Shown piece after piece: positions 12,901 through 26,600 of a stretch of DNA of 64,000 nucleotides (position 1 is the stretch's first letter; every line of letters begins with the position of its first letter). The stretch is taken from assembly GCA_964036045.1 (NCBI GenBank), contig OZ038378.1, positions 4,650,001 through 4,714,000 on the forward strand, in the 5' to 3' direction. Under the pieces are notes generated by a model. It searched no databases and had not been told where the DNA came from. It saw only the letters and a program-made list of their open reading frames with translations. This stretch comes from Eutreptiella sp. 'Long Island Sound 2002'. Taxonomy: Eukaryota > Protista > Euglenida. Both the position numbers and the translations under genes were made by a program.

Positions 12901-15332
12901 AATTGTGCATTTATTCATGCAGACTGCTGTAATGCGGTGGGCCATAGAACTAGTGAAACCAACAAAACTTCAACCAGAATGTGCTGTGGAATGTGCTTTT
13001 GTCTGTCTCAGCCCTCTGCAATGTGCAGCTGACCGACTGTACATTGTTCCTGCAGGAAGCTGAAAGAACCAACAGATACCCCAGCAACTCGCTGCAACTG
13101 ACGGGGCACATCGGGCAACCCACTTGCCCACAGACAGAACTTGGTAGGTTCAGACACTTCCAGTCGGTCCCTTAGTTCCAGGCACGGTGCGGGTTGCTGC
13201 TTTTCTGTCACCATTGCTGCTGCAGGGGTTACTGCTGCTCTGTTGTCATCATTGCAGCATCAAGCATTGAGGACTATGACGGGGTGCAGCTCGTGACCTA
13301 AGTCACAAAAATGGACCGGTTGAATGTGTCTGGCAACTATGAGGACCCACTGAGGGTCGCTCTTTGTTCTTTTCGCTTTGGGTGGAGATGTGGTTGTGAG
13401 CAGGATGGAGGGTAGTACCACAGACTGCTACGAAATTGCCATTGTCGTGAACCCATATGCTAATTTGCGGGAAAGCAAAATGCACAAAAGAGCAGGACCC
13501 CTGCGCGGCGGCCCACCCACCCCCCACCCACCCAGCCACCACCCATGAACCCTTTCCCTAACAGCACGGTATGTTGAGCCTGCAGTACGGGCATAGATAA
13601 AACCAGGCCCAAACTTCTGTTGTAAAGTAGCACCAGCACAAGCACCAGCACCAGCATCAGCAATGATGAATGAGTTGGGAATGCAGGAGGTCAAAGTGGG
13701 TCAATGTACCATCAATATTGTTGCTTTAGTCCCGAGATTCGACCGTTGTAATGAAGAAGCGTCCTGCGCCATTGAGGCAGCAAACCTCCTGCCATAACCC
13801 TGGGGTATTAGACACACACACAGAATAGTGCACGTGAGGACCCGTCAGGGCCACTCCACTGAAGACGACTGGAACTGAGAGCTGCAGCGCGACAAATTCA
13901 AAGCTGGACACTTGTGTAGTGCGAGGCACGAGATCCGATTTGGCACGGCCCAGTGGCCTATGATACAATTGTGTGAGCAGTTCCTGTGCTCCAGAACAAC
14001 GGCACCTATCAGTGCACAAGTTCCGTGGCCTGGCCCACAGTAAAGCACCAGCATTTCCTCGCATTCCTTCGGACGACTGCCTGTATGGCCTCTTGGTCAG
14101 AATTCAGCGACTGCCCCATTGGGCTAGACGAATGAAACGTGCAGAGATTGCAGGCATTGGGCTTTTGGTGACAACAACAATGCTACCCGTGGAGTCGGGC
14201 CCCTGGCCAACACCATGTCCGCAGTGTTTGGATCAGTCTTCTACAGCGACGCAAAAAGTATCGAATCCTCTCTGTTGGGGGGCCGCAAGCAGGTCAACAA
14301 AGCGCTCCACACATGCACGTCCTGGTATGCATATGCAGCAATGTTCGGCTGTTGGGGGGGGGGGGGGGGGCAATCCAGAGTTCGTGGACCCAAGTTCCAG
14401 AGCTGCGCCAACGTCCCCTTCAGATGGACGCCCCAGGGGGCTGCCATCCCCCTCAGACAATTGGTAATTGGTTCCATGAACAGTCACTTGGCATGTATGA
14501 CACGGGGGCGCTGGTTTCGGGAAGCATCTTGGGCTTTCCTCTTCAGCAGCCCAAAAACCTGCTGACCACAATTTCGATTACGATGTGAAGTGGCTCCCAC
14601 AGCGGCTGCCAGCTGTGCAAGCTCCCCAGCAGTGAACATTGGCAGGAGTGCGAAAGTGCCAGCACTCATGAGGTCCAGTCGGCGTCCTGGGCACCCATCT
14701 CACACCTCCACGTCTATGCGGCCTCTGCAGGCGCCGATGCTCAACCAGCCCTCAGTTCAACCAGCCAAAGGTTTTGCATCCCCATGTCCACACTCGAGCA
14801 CACATCCGACTCCAGTATTAGCGGGAGCAGGAAGATGTCCACACCTCATGCCCTTGTGGGAGGAGGAAGATTTTCAGGGGCAAAAGCGGGGATTACCAGG
14901 GCTACAGCACCCCCATCCCATGGGAAGAAAATGGGAGAAGAAGGGAGTGTCCCCACCCGTCCAACCAGCTGTACGGGACCAGCAGAAATATGCATCTTCG
15001 CGTCTTTCGTCGCTCCTGCGGAAGTTTGTGCAAACACCGTTTGACGTGTGGCGGCTAGGAACAATGAGTCACGGGGCGGGTGGCTCATGACATGGCTTCA
15101 CGCACCAAGGACCCTTGTTGTAGTCGACGAAGGCAAGGAACCCAATGAGGTGCACAATGCAAAAGCTGCCTGTACATCCCTTGAAATCCCCTGTTTTTTG
15201 AGGGTGCTGCCCCCTCGCGAAGAGTGAATTGTTCAAGCCGCAGACCCGTGCACTCGTACTTGGCCAAGGGAACGCATCCAGCACGTTGCAAGGCGTGCCG
15301 CAGGCGCCGCAAGGGGCGCACTCCCAGTTCGG

Positions 15333-17878
15333 CTACGAAGCTCCCTGCAGGGCCTGTTCAGCCTTGGCGAGCGCATACGTGGGGCTCTGCATCTCTGCCT
15401 TGTGGTGCCGCATCCCCAAATACCCCACTCCATCCGCATCGCTGTAGTACACTTCCGCAATCCCAAACTTGCACAGCGCCTGGCTGCACGCCGGACACGG
15501 ATATCCGGACCCGTAGCCGGCCCCGTGCTCATCCGTCTGCACGATCCACATCTGACAGCCCCGCGCAACCTCCGGGTCCGGCAGCTGCACAAGGCAGTGC
15601 ACTTCCGCGTGCATCACCTTTTTGTTCATCATCTTCGTCTCAGTGGACAAAAACTTATGGTTCCAGCCCACGCTCAGCTCCTGCCCTTCTTTGAGCAGCA
15701 CCGCTCCGAATTTCGGCCCCTGCTGATCCCCATTCCGCGCCACCGCAGCCGCCCTCAGAAAAGGGCGTTGGTGCACCGCAGGTTCTGGGACGGTGCGGAT
15801 GCAGCCTGTCCCCACAATCCGCTGCAGCAAGGCCTCCTGAAAGCAATGCAGCAGCGTGGAAGGGGGTGCTGGGGCGATGTTCGTTGGTCCTATGGTACCA
15901 TCACCGATGAGCTGGTGTCACTCGGAAAGGGGCCTCTTAGGGTCTGAAACGGAGCCCCCTTTGGGAGCCGCAGACAGCAACAGCACACGCTAAACGGGGG
16001 GAAATGAGATCCCCGCGTTTTGGAGGTTCGATTTCCATCCAACTTTTTTTGGGATGCGTGACGTATGAAATCGCAGAATCGCAGAAAGCTCGCGAGACTC
16101 ACTAAACGCTGGCAGTCGCATACGGTTGCGGCAAATCGGCAAACTGGGAAGTCTCGGTCGACATGGCGTTGTTTGCTTTTTTACTGCGTTGAGCTTGTGG
16201 GTCCACCATTGTGGGTCCCATGTGCCCCCAAAGCAACCGAAACTGGCCATTGGTTACGGAAACCCCGGGGGTCGGGGCTCTGGCCAGCCCCAGCCAACCC
16301 ACCCACCCACCCACATTAGAAAAAATTTCTTCTCCGAAAAAAATGAAATTCCCCGGAGAGGCCCGAAATTTGAGGCAGATTGTAAGTACACAAACTTTTT
16401 TTTGGCGGACCCATCCAGCCAACGGGGGGGGGGGGGATTGCCAAGCAATGGCCTGAACCGAAAATGATGTGGAAACCTCTGCACCACCGATTGGCGCGTT
16501 GTTGACCCAACTTCTGACTTCCTCCTACAGGCAGATCCAATTAGACAGCGCTTCAGTGAATAGCCCGTTGGTTCCAAATGAGAGCAATCATTTCCCATCG
16601 GCGTCTACTGTGTCCCAAGTCAGACGGGTTGATGTGGTGCAACATGCTCCCTGGTCCAGTCATCCCAAAGAGGGACGTCACCGGCGATGACTTTCAACCT
16701 CGGCAGGCTCCTGTTGTGGCCCGCTCCCACATCCCGCGTACCGTACAATACACTGTCAGATGCGCCTTTCCGGCGCGCTCTGCCTGGCCATCATTAGCTC
16801 GATCTGCCCCCTGTTTCTGTGGCAGGCCCAAAACCACTCAGTCACTCGGTCAGAGAACGGCGGTCGCCAATTTAAGGGCATCGGAAGCGCACAGCATCGC
16901 AACTTGACCCATTTGCATGGGGTCCCAGACCTGAAAGAGATAGAGCACATCCGTATCGCCCTTGACGAGGCCGGAGCTGAGCAGCAGGCGCCATGCGTCG
17001 CGTGTGAGTTCCGCGTCTTGACAACTGGTGCTCAGCTGCAACAGCAACGCAAAGAGGCGGCCTCGGGGCTTGGCGACGCGTTGCACTAAATTGTACGCGG
17101 CGCGCGCCCGCGACGAACGGCACGCGGGTTCCGGGATGGTCCCGGTAATGCGCGCGATCAAGTCACTCAATCCCGCAGCCATCCCGTCGTTGCGGACCGC
17201 ACTGGAGGGTGGCAGTGCAGCAATGCCGGGCCCTGAGCCCGGCTGAGCCCCGTCTCTGGACGGAGCAGTGGAGGCTGCAACATCGGCGGTTGTGGCGGAA
17301 GGGGGCATGGGCCCTGAGGGATCTGAGGGTGCGGGGCCAAAGGTAGTGGCGGGTGTGGGGTCAAGAGCAGAGGTTGCGCTGGGGGCGGTCGCAGTGGAAG
17401 TGGCTGATACAATGAGGGCGGAGCTCGCAGCCGGGGAAGTTGTCTCTGGGTGTGGCTGCGGCACATCAGCATCGGCGGTGGAGTGGAGTGTGGCCTCAGC
17501 GGAGCTCTGTGGACCAGCAGGGCCGGTGCCGCCCGGTCGATGAGAGACCCCTGCCGCCTGCACAACGGCCGCCAGCCGCGCAGCTGCCCCGCTTCCGAGG
17601 TGGCAAACGGCGGTACAAAGCCCTGCAATTTGTTGTACCTGATCCTCCGGCAGCGCCTCCAAAACAACGTTTTGCCGCTTGAGGGCAATCAGCGTCTGGA
17701 CCACCAGATCCCGGTCGCACGTCGTGAGCAGGGCCTGAAGTACGCGGGTGCAGGCCTCCGCCGAGCATTCGCCTTCGTGACAGGCCGCCAGAAGGTTCTC
17801 GATGCGGCGTAGACTGCGCTGCGCTCTCCCGCCATCGTCTGAGGCCTTATGCTTTTTGCTTTTGCGTTCTTCGGTCAT
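15333..17878 (-). CDS. Zinc-dependent cytidine/dCMP-deaminase-like protein, ~483 aa, exons 17878-16931 and 15836-15333
   Basis: Exon 2 has KFGAVLL..G..LSVGWN, HAE and PCPAC motifs plus GIAEVYYS; phase-0 junction CAG|GTCTGG ... TTTCAG|GAG joins it to a helical/Ala-Pro-rich exon 1. Start codon choice is inferred. Confidence 0.85.
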
Positions 17879-20800
17879 TCGGGAATGTGCCCCACGTTTG
17901 CTGCGACTCGGACATGGGGACTGCTCATGCCACGGAACAACGACAGCAGGGCAAAACAGGAAGCCCTGTGGGATGATAGATGTCCGGGATGCACAGGGGC
18001 TCCTTGGGCTATTCATCGTGGGTCCATCACGGCTCCCTGGGGGTCCGTCAACGCAATGCAAACAAAAGCACTGCCATGGCCCGCAGACAGCCCCCAATCA
18101 GAGCCAATGTGCACGAAAAGGGCTGGCGGAGTTTTAATGCACAGGGGGGGGCGGGGCGGTCCACAGAGCTCCTTGGCTGGAGCCCCTCCAAAGCGAACTC
18201 GCTTGGCAGGATTCCCCCAAACCAACCTGGAACTTCCGTGGTCTCAATGGAAGGGACAGGGGGTGGCGGGAAGGAGGGAGAGCTGAAGGTATGGAGTCTC
18301 AGGGGACGGGGGGGGGGGTCAGGAGGTTGGAGGGGGACGTGTCACTTACTTAGGGTTAGGGTAGGGTTGGGTATATTCCTAATTCTATCCCTGATCCTAA
18401 GGGTAACAAGGGTAACAGGGGTCAGTGGCAGCCTTGTATATGCATGCCCTGGGGAGAACCGTGCATTCTAGCAACATGTGATGGACATGCGTCACGGACA
18501 TTTTTGTGGTTGGCCAGTGTCGACAAAATTTTTCTTCTGGCGCCTTCAGTGCCAATGGAAATACTGGTCCCTGGCACTTTCATGGACCCCATCCCCGTTC
18601 TCAGGGCTCTGTTGACAATGCCCTACTCTCAATCAAAATAAGACTTCCCAGGCCAGACAGACTTGTAATGGGCCCTGCTTGGGCTCTCATGCATATGTCA
18701 GCCATTGCTAAGGTTGGCATGCAAAGTGCTTTGGGTTTTCTGAATACAGCCAGGCAAGGGGGTGGGTGGGGGGAGAGAGCACTGGTAGTGACTTCAGCCT
18801 GGAGTACCACAGGCGGCAGACATGTACGTATGAATGGTCATCTACTGTCTTCCTTTTCTGCACAGTGCTCTGGTCAGTGATGACCATTCTCACTGGTACA
18901 TCATTCCTTTTTTTAAACCCGAATCAAATGTTCCACCAAGTGTCCGCTGTGCGTCCACAGAGCAGTCCAAGTGTTCGCCGACAGGCCTTGTTAAGGGTCA
19001 GTCCCTCGGTAGGTCCTAGCCCCTCTGCCCTGGTTAGGCTGACTAGTGGTCGGAACGAGTTCTACACCTTATCCTGCCCGTGTCGTACCCAGGTCATGGG
19101 TGTCTGGTCTGCTGCAGGTCCGTCAGGTGGTCATATCCCCATCAAAACAAATGGCATCTCCCCAGTCTTACAGGGGCACCTGTATTGACCGCATAATCTC
19201 TTGTGGTTCCCAAGCTACCGTCGTCGTTGTGAGGCGTGGTCGCTTCGGGGGAGTCGTCACCTGATACGGTCTAGGTCCCTTGGGTTTGTACCACAGTAGG
19301 TGGCGTGCCTCTGTATGGTACTGTTGGTTCATACGGAATCGCTCCCTTTTTTCCAGTTGCGTGACGTACATATCACCCAACCGGAGCCACCAGAGCTGAA
19401 ACAGTGGCATAGAACATGAAAAAGTGTGAATCAGGACAGTGGGATGTTGCGACAAGGCTGTTTTGGGTTCCTGCACCAAATTGCATTGTGAGACTCCGGC
19501 AGTTAGTGTTTTCGCAGTGCAGAAATGTCACCAATGCTCAATATTGGCGCGGGGGCGACTGCCTTGGGAAGAGGCAGGTCCATTCCCCTGGAAGCTGGGG
19601 CATTAGCAGCTGGTGCAGTTTGGGGCTTTGTGGAACCATCATCTCAGGGTCTGATCCCACTCATGAATGAACCCACAGAAGCATGTCACGCAAATATCTG
19701 TGGAGAACAAAAACTTACAAATTTGGTGACTGTGGTTTTGACAGTGGCATGTACTTCTGTTTTTGTTTGCTTCAGGTTCAAAGAAAATCCATCAAGAAAG
19801 TCCATGAAGAAGGTTTTATCAGTGGCATGCACCTCTTTCTGTTCAGTCTCCAGTCCATTTTTGAGCCTTCTACTGGATGAGCGGTACGGCACTGTGCTGC
19901 AGGTCCCAATGGATGAGGTAGGCTTTTGCGTCACTGCTTAAGGGCCGCACATTGCATGGGCAGTGCGCATGCTTTGGGCGAAAGAATCATGTGCACTTGT
20001 CGCTGTGCACATCACCAGATTCCCCCACTGCCACACCACCCCCTCCAAGCACTCAATGGCCAAATAGTGTGACAAACACATAAAGAAAGTGTGCTTTACA
20101 AGTGTTTTTTTCTCATTGTGCGTGGGCACAATATCACAAAAAAAATAGGTTTAGAATTTTTCGATGCTTCAGCTGTTGTGAAAAGTGCTCAAGCAGTTTG
20201 TGTGCCAGCCCTTACCCCAAGAACCACACAGCACCCAATGGCAAAATACGGTGAAAAATACATACAGAGAGACTTGAGCTGTGCATGTGGTATTTGATGA
20301 TTGCGGGGGGTCACAAAACCAAAAAAGTAGGTTTTTGAAGTTTTTTTTGAGTTGTTGGGGCTGAAAATGGCTTGCTCAGTTTTGTCTTATGTCTGTCTTA
20401 TGCGTGGTCTATGTTCACAGAGAGGTAGAGTCGGGGCGGGGTTCCAACTTGGCCCTCATCGCTTGCTTTGTGTTTTGTGGAGGCTTTTGAGATTAGGGTT
20501 CTCAAATCATTTGTCCCTGAGGTGCTTGCCTTTGCATGGTATTGCACTCATGTCCCATCTGTCTCACGCATTCCTATGTTTTGGGTAATCCTTGCATTTT
20601 GTGCTACTTTTGAAACTCGATTCCCCAACGGGGGGGTGTCAACACTGCATGTGCACCATTTCCGGAATTTTCACAGGGAACCAACCCCACTTCCCCAGTG
20701 ATGCTTCAATTTGCACACTTTGTTTGCACAGGAGACTTTGAAATTTCAGACATGTAGCACAAGTGGCTCACAACTTACTTGCTCTGCTGCCTTTCGCATG

Positions 20801-21796
20801 TTGTCTTGGCCTACAGGAAGGACCGGGAGCAACATTGCACAACTGGGTCGCTCAAAGGCTGGTTTCGGTGGTGTTTGGAAGCGGACCTGTTTGAAAGCTG
20901 CTTTCGGTGGAACATTGGTCGCACTGCGCGCGCACCATAAAGAGGTCCCATTTGGGTTATTAACAAAGAAACGTGCAACTTGCTCCATCATATGATTTGC
21001 GCCATGCGGAAAGACGGGTTCAGGGAGGATGCATCTGGGTTGGTTTACAAGGATTCGGGCTATGAGTTATTGACAGTGGAGGACAGAGGGACAGAGTTGT
21101 GCAGAGGGCTGAGTCGTCTCAAAAAGTTAGCCAGCCACAAATCACCAAAAAGTCAGACCCCCCCGCCTTTGGGTTGGATGTAACGGTGGTCCATTGCTGA
21201 AAGTCCTGTTTCGACACACACACCAGCACAGGATAAAGAGGCTTTACTGGGTATGGCAAGAGATGAGGTCAGTCACGGCATCAAGCTGTGGCACATTGAA
21301 AATCAGTGGCAAATATGAGTGGTACCCTCAGTGGTGGAGGGAGGCCGGTGCACAACAAGATGCCCCGTTGTCTCTTCAGATAAATGAGGAACAAGAAGTA
21401 GACCCACTTCTTGTCACAATGGGTTCAACATTGGTTACGTCGGAAAAGGCAACATCTGAGACCCCTTCGCTGCCTCGTGCTCTGCGTCTGCCTCGTGCTC
21501 TGGGTGTGTGTCACCCATGCCACAAAACACGGACACGATTGCAAATCAGGTCATTTGTGCCCCAGCAATTCCCGTCCATTGCCGGAGGAGGAACACAAAG
21601 GACATGCCACAAGCCATTCAGCCCGATGCACAGCCTGGTCGGAGGAGTTGGTTGGAGGTAGTAAACTCAAGCAAACCCGAATCACATTGCGGCTCAAGAA
21701 ACCCAGGGCCCCGTGGCATTGCTGGGCGCACAGTCCGAAAGTCTGAAGGTGAATTGAACATGCAATTGGGTAACACTTGGTGATCCGGAACCCCCT

Positions 21797-22652
21797 GGCC
21801 CTGTGTTACATTTCCCGCATCCGCCCTCCAAACTCCACAGCCTTGGAAAAAGCTTGTTTGCGTGGAGCGCCGGCATGGGAGGGACGCGAAGAGGCAGAAG
21901 AATGACGAATGAACAGTCAACGGGGGGCTGGGGGTCGAAAGAGGTAGAGGTCTGGTGGTAAGGGGAGCCAGACACAGAGAAAGAGGGATACAAAGATGAA
22001 GAGAGAAAGGGAGTGGCAGGAAAAGAGGAAGAGGGGTAATTGGGGGGGGGGGGGCGGGGCAGATGCAGAGGTAGACTGAGTGGGTGAGTTCCGCACTCGG
22101 GGACCCATTACCGTTGGGCCCTCCCAGTAGGCGAATGCCTTCTGGCTTGCAGATGACATTGGGCACCCCAGTGTCCTGGAGATCCTGGAGAGCCTCCCAA
22201 CCTTTGGCGCTTCAAGAAGGGGCAGGGCCCCCTCCCACTGCAAACCACACCCCAATTCTCTGCCGAAAGCTTGGGTTTGGCAGGGGGGAGGGGGGTGCGC
22301 CATAAACACTGAAGCAGTATGCTGGTTGGTACTTCCGGGTATACGTATGTGTGCGCCTTTTCAGGAGGGAATCGTCAACTCAGGGACAGGTGGGCTGGTT
22401 GTCCACCCGTTGGGTTGGGGGTGAGGAGGGTAGGTTCAAAAAAAAAACTGCGAGGTGGGCAGCCTGTTGGGCTACCTAACGGCTGGGGGAAAATTATTGT
22501 GTGAGAGTGGAATAATTGTCTTGCCACTCACAAGTGCTGCTTCTGCCCCTTGGTGTCCCTCCCATGCCGGCTCCAAACAAAGCCTTTCCCAAGACAGCGA
22601 GTTTTGGAGGGCGCTCACCACCACTGATGTGGGAAATGCAACACAGGGCCAG
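21797..22652. repeat. ~105-bp inverted repeat pair (21797-21900 and 22540-22652)
   Basis: GGCCCTGTGTTACATTTCCC...CGGCATGGGAGGGAC..GAGGCAGAAG versus its reverse complement; a partial third copy is near 41620-41645. Confidence 0.7.
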
Positions 22653-23615
22653 CGTCAAGTGGCAGAAGGTGCGAGATGGGGTTGTTGGTTGAACAGAGCA
22701 TGGGGCTAGTGGTGCACAATGGGACGAAGAGGCACAGTAGCATAGAGCAGCCCGGGGCGGGGGGGGGGGGGGTTGCACAGTTGCCTCATTTCAAGGCTTT
22801 CTCCAATGCAGGGTTACTTGGGGTGTGTAACACGACACAAAGAGAATACAAAGAGAAGCAGCGCCCTTTTGCACTGTCCACTAGAATAATCGTCAATATT
22901 TCAATAACCTTGGTTGCACCTGTCAAAGAGAAGAAGCAAGACCACAACCCTACACAACCCTCCATACCCCTCCATGAACCAACCATCCACATACGTTTAA
23001 CATTTGGCTTGCACAAAGAAGGAGTAGGAAGCAACTCTCAACAACTTTGGATACCTGTCAGTCCTAGAGACTCACTGTTTAGGGTTAAAAAAAATTCCAA
23101 GCCGCTTTGCAGCCCAAGTGAGACCAGCTATGGGTGTATCCCACAGACCACCGGGACCGCGAGGGGGGTTTGCACACAAGGACCTGGCCTGGCTGCCCCC
23201 CTCCCCCACCCCCCACCAGGGCAGGAATGTGAGAGGGAAAGCGGAAAATGTGGGCAGAATGGAATGTACGTGGAGAAGGAAGGGGAGCAAGTATAAGCAG
23301 CGAGTGCACAGCCCATGTAATAGATCCCCATCCATGTACACCACATGGAAGTGGTGGAGAAGTGGGGATCGCCTGGTTTGGATCACCCTGACCACCATTC
23401 CAAAAGACGTTTGGGGGGTGGGGGGTGGACGCAAAGCGCAAATGCAATGCTGGATCGTAGAGAGGGGGCCTTCTTGGGAAAAGAAAAGGTGAGGACCCAG
23501 GAATCGACCTCCCACAGTCTCACAGGGTCTCAGACGCCTTTGGTGCCCCCAGACCATGGACCAATAACACAGAGGGGAGCTGCAACAAGAGTTGACGAGC
23601 AAAGCACATCAATTC

Positions 23616-26600
23616 TCATCGGATGCTCGGGGCCAAATGGACGAGACTCAGCCCCAGAGGTGCCGGGCTGGACCCCTTTTTAAGGGAGGTGAGCAAGCTG
23701 TTGGGAGTAGATGGCCGATTGGCACGGCACTGGGGGCCTGGGGATATGGCACTGGGACCTGCGTGACTCCAAGACGCAGGGGATATGGGCGACAGTACTT
23801 TGGGGCCGTAGTGCTCTGGCACTGGGGCGTGCGCCGATTTGAGGGCCAGCGCCAGATACTGATCATAACTGAGGTCTCGCTGCTCCAGCTCGTGGTGCTG
23901 CTGTTCCAGCATTGACTTGAAGGGGGGGCAAAGACCCATGTCCGGGGCAGGCGTGGGGGCTGGTTCGGGCTGGGGGGACGCCATGGACCTGCAATCAGCC
24001 ACTGCCAGTGGGGGAAGGGGTTGCGTAGGACTCGGCCGAGGTCTCCCAACCGTGGGCTTCCTATTCCAAGGTGACCCAGGGTCATTAGCCCCCCAACAAG
24101 AGGCATGTGTGGGGGGATCTCTCAGGTCTGAGGGCAGCCCCGCTCTGTGCGCATGGGGACTGAGTGCCGGGCTGAGACCAGCAAGTGCCCTGCTGCCGGG
24201 CGTGCGGAAGGCGTCGGGAATCCCTGCAGTTCGGTCTCCTCTTCGGCTTCGCCACTGCTGCTGCTGCTGCGCATGCCCTCTGCAGGCCGCTTCCACATCG
24301 CACAGGCACGCCCACTGCTGCTCCTCTTCCTGGGCCACACTGTGCCGGAGGCTGCACTCGTGCATCAGCAGCAGCATCGGAGGTGACTCGCTGTCTGCGA
24401 CGTCCAGAAGACTGAGCCGCAAGTCAAATTCGCTGCGTTGGGCGTCGATGAGCGGCTGCGTGGTGATGTGTTCGTCGAGAACATTCTTTAGCCCTACTCC
24501 GTTCAAGAGAACGTGGTCTATGTGCTCATCGTCCTGCAGCAACTGCTGGTCCAAGTCCTGCTCATGCTCACAATGGAGCATCTGCCATGCAATCCTCTCC
24601 TTGGAATGGAATAGGATGTGATGCGATGCGATATGATGGGATGGGATGGGATGGAATGGGATGGGGATGGGTTTTGGGACAGGATGTGATGCGACGTGAT
24701 GGGTTGAGATGCGCTGGGATGGGATGGGTAGCAATGGGGATGGGGATAGGGATAGGGATGTGACGTGAGGTGAGGTGCTGTGCTGCAATTTGATTTGATG
24801 CGATGCGATGCGATGCGATGCAGTGCGGTGGCGTGGCGTGGTGTGGTGTGGCATGATGACGTGTCGTGTGGTGTGGTGCGGCGTGGTGTGATGTGGTGTG
24901 GGATGAGACGGGATTGTGTTGTTGGGTCGTACAAGAAAGGGTAAGGATTTTACCTGCTGCATGATGGACTTCCGGTCCTTTTGCACATCGTCTTCTAAGT
25001 GCGCCGACACCAGCGCCCCTCGCTCTTGCTCCAGCATCGACGCACGCCCTTTGGATTCCCATCGCTCCATCTCCAACATCTGCGATTGCCGGTCCTCCAC
25101 CATTTGCAGCTCCAGCCGATCCCTCATCTCCCGGTGCCATGCGCGCCCAAGTGCCAGCAGAGTTTCTCCTTCAAGCACAAGGTGCCGAGACACCTGCAGT
25201 TCAGTGTGCTGAAGATCCAGCACGGAATACGCATGCCCTTCCATCACTTCCATGTCGCTGCGCCCTCTGATGAGGTTTGACAGGAGTTGTGCCTCAACGC
25301 CCCACAGCTGTTGCAGCAGCGTTGTGGGCTGTATCAGTGCAGACCGCGCTTGCTGCTCCTCGCCTTCCAGCCGCCGTATATGTCCATGTTGCGCCATGTC
25401 AACACGGTGGGCCAGATCTGCTTCGTGCTGAGCCCTGAGGCTCTCGGCCTCCTGGGCAAAGACTTGCTCTGAGGGCTGCTCCTCCGATAGCACCTGTAAT
25501 TTAGGGGTAGGACAAGGGACCAGGCAGAGGAAGCAGCTGGGGGCAGGGCAACAGCAACAGCAATGGCAAGGGCAGGGCAGGGCAGGGCCTTGGGTCTGAG
25601 AGAAGAGGGGCCCCGGCAGGAGCAATGGCAGGGACACGGGCATGGGCAAGGGCAGGGACAGACCTGCCACCGCCCTCTCCATTCCATCATCTGCACTTCG
25701 ATGGGGAATGCCGCTGCAGACTGCAGCTGCAGGCGCTGTTGCTGCTCAAGGGCAACAAACGCAGCCACCTCCTCAATGCGGCGGCCCTTCTCCACATGCA
25801 GCATTTCCAGCAGGTGCGAGTGCACCCACTGGGCGTGCCTGCTCTTCTCAGACAGCACCAGCCGCTCCTGCAGCTCCTCATGCAATGCATGGAGCACGGC
25901 CAGCGCGGCATCGTGCTGCAGGAGCAGCACGTGCCGGGCTGTAAGTTCCTCGTGCAAAGGCCCAAGTGCCTGCAAGAACAGCCCCCAGGCCACATGCGCC
26001 TGGGCTCTGTCCTGCCGTTCAGCATTCCAGAGGCCATTCAGCTCCGCCAAAGTGGCCACCCAGCCGCTGTGCTCCTGCCACACGAGGGACTGCTCCCGCC
26101 GCAGATTGTCGCGTGACTTCTGCTCCTCGGGATCGACGTCCATCAGTGTTCGGGACTTCTCATGGAGGCGTACCTCGGTCTCCTGCAGCCACCGGCGACC
26201 GGCCATCTCCGCACAGCACAGCCCCCTGCGGCCCTGCAACTCCCGCATCTCATGGGCGCAGGCCTTCCAAACGCCCCCTCGACCCCCGAGCTCCTCCCAC
26301 TCGCATCGCATGCGGGCGTGCTGCCCCGCCCAAGAGGCTTCCGTCCGCCTTCTCCACAACATTTCTTCTGAAAGCAAACGCAGCGTGTCCCCTGCGAGGC
26401 CTGCGCCATGCCGTACGCCCTCACGCTCTTGCCCCTCCCGCAGCTGCAGCCAGTCCACCTCCACTGCACAGTCCCTCTCCCACTGGATCTGTGCGTGCCC
26501 CACCTGCTGCTGGTGCTGCACGTGCAGGGCCGTGTGGATGCGCCCCTCCACTCCCAGAATCATGTGGCGAAACTGCATCTCCTCATACGAAACCCGGAGC

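Noticed and set aside
13750-14330. Possible LINE 3' remnants (also 47760-48600, 19000-19480, 23300-23480)
   Set aside because: Only single short Cys or RNase H-like words; too degraded to call.
16020-16060. tRNA T-loop/B-box-like GGTTCGATT followed by a T-run
   Set aside because: The T-stem does not pair and no cloverleaf can be built.
18351-18370. TTAGGG-like repeats
   Set aside because: Only 2-3 degenerate units inside repeat DNA; not a telomere.
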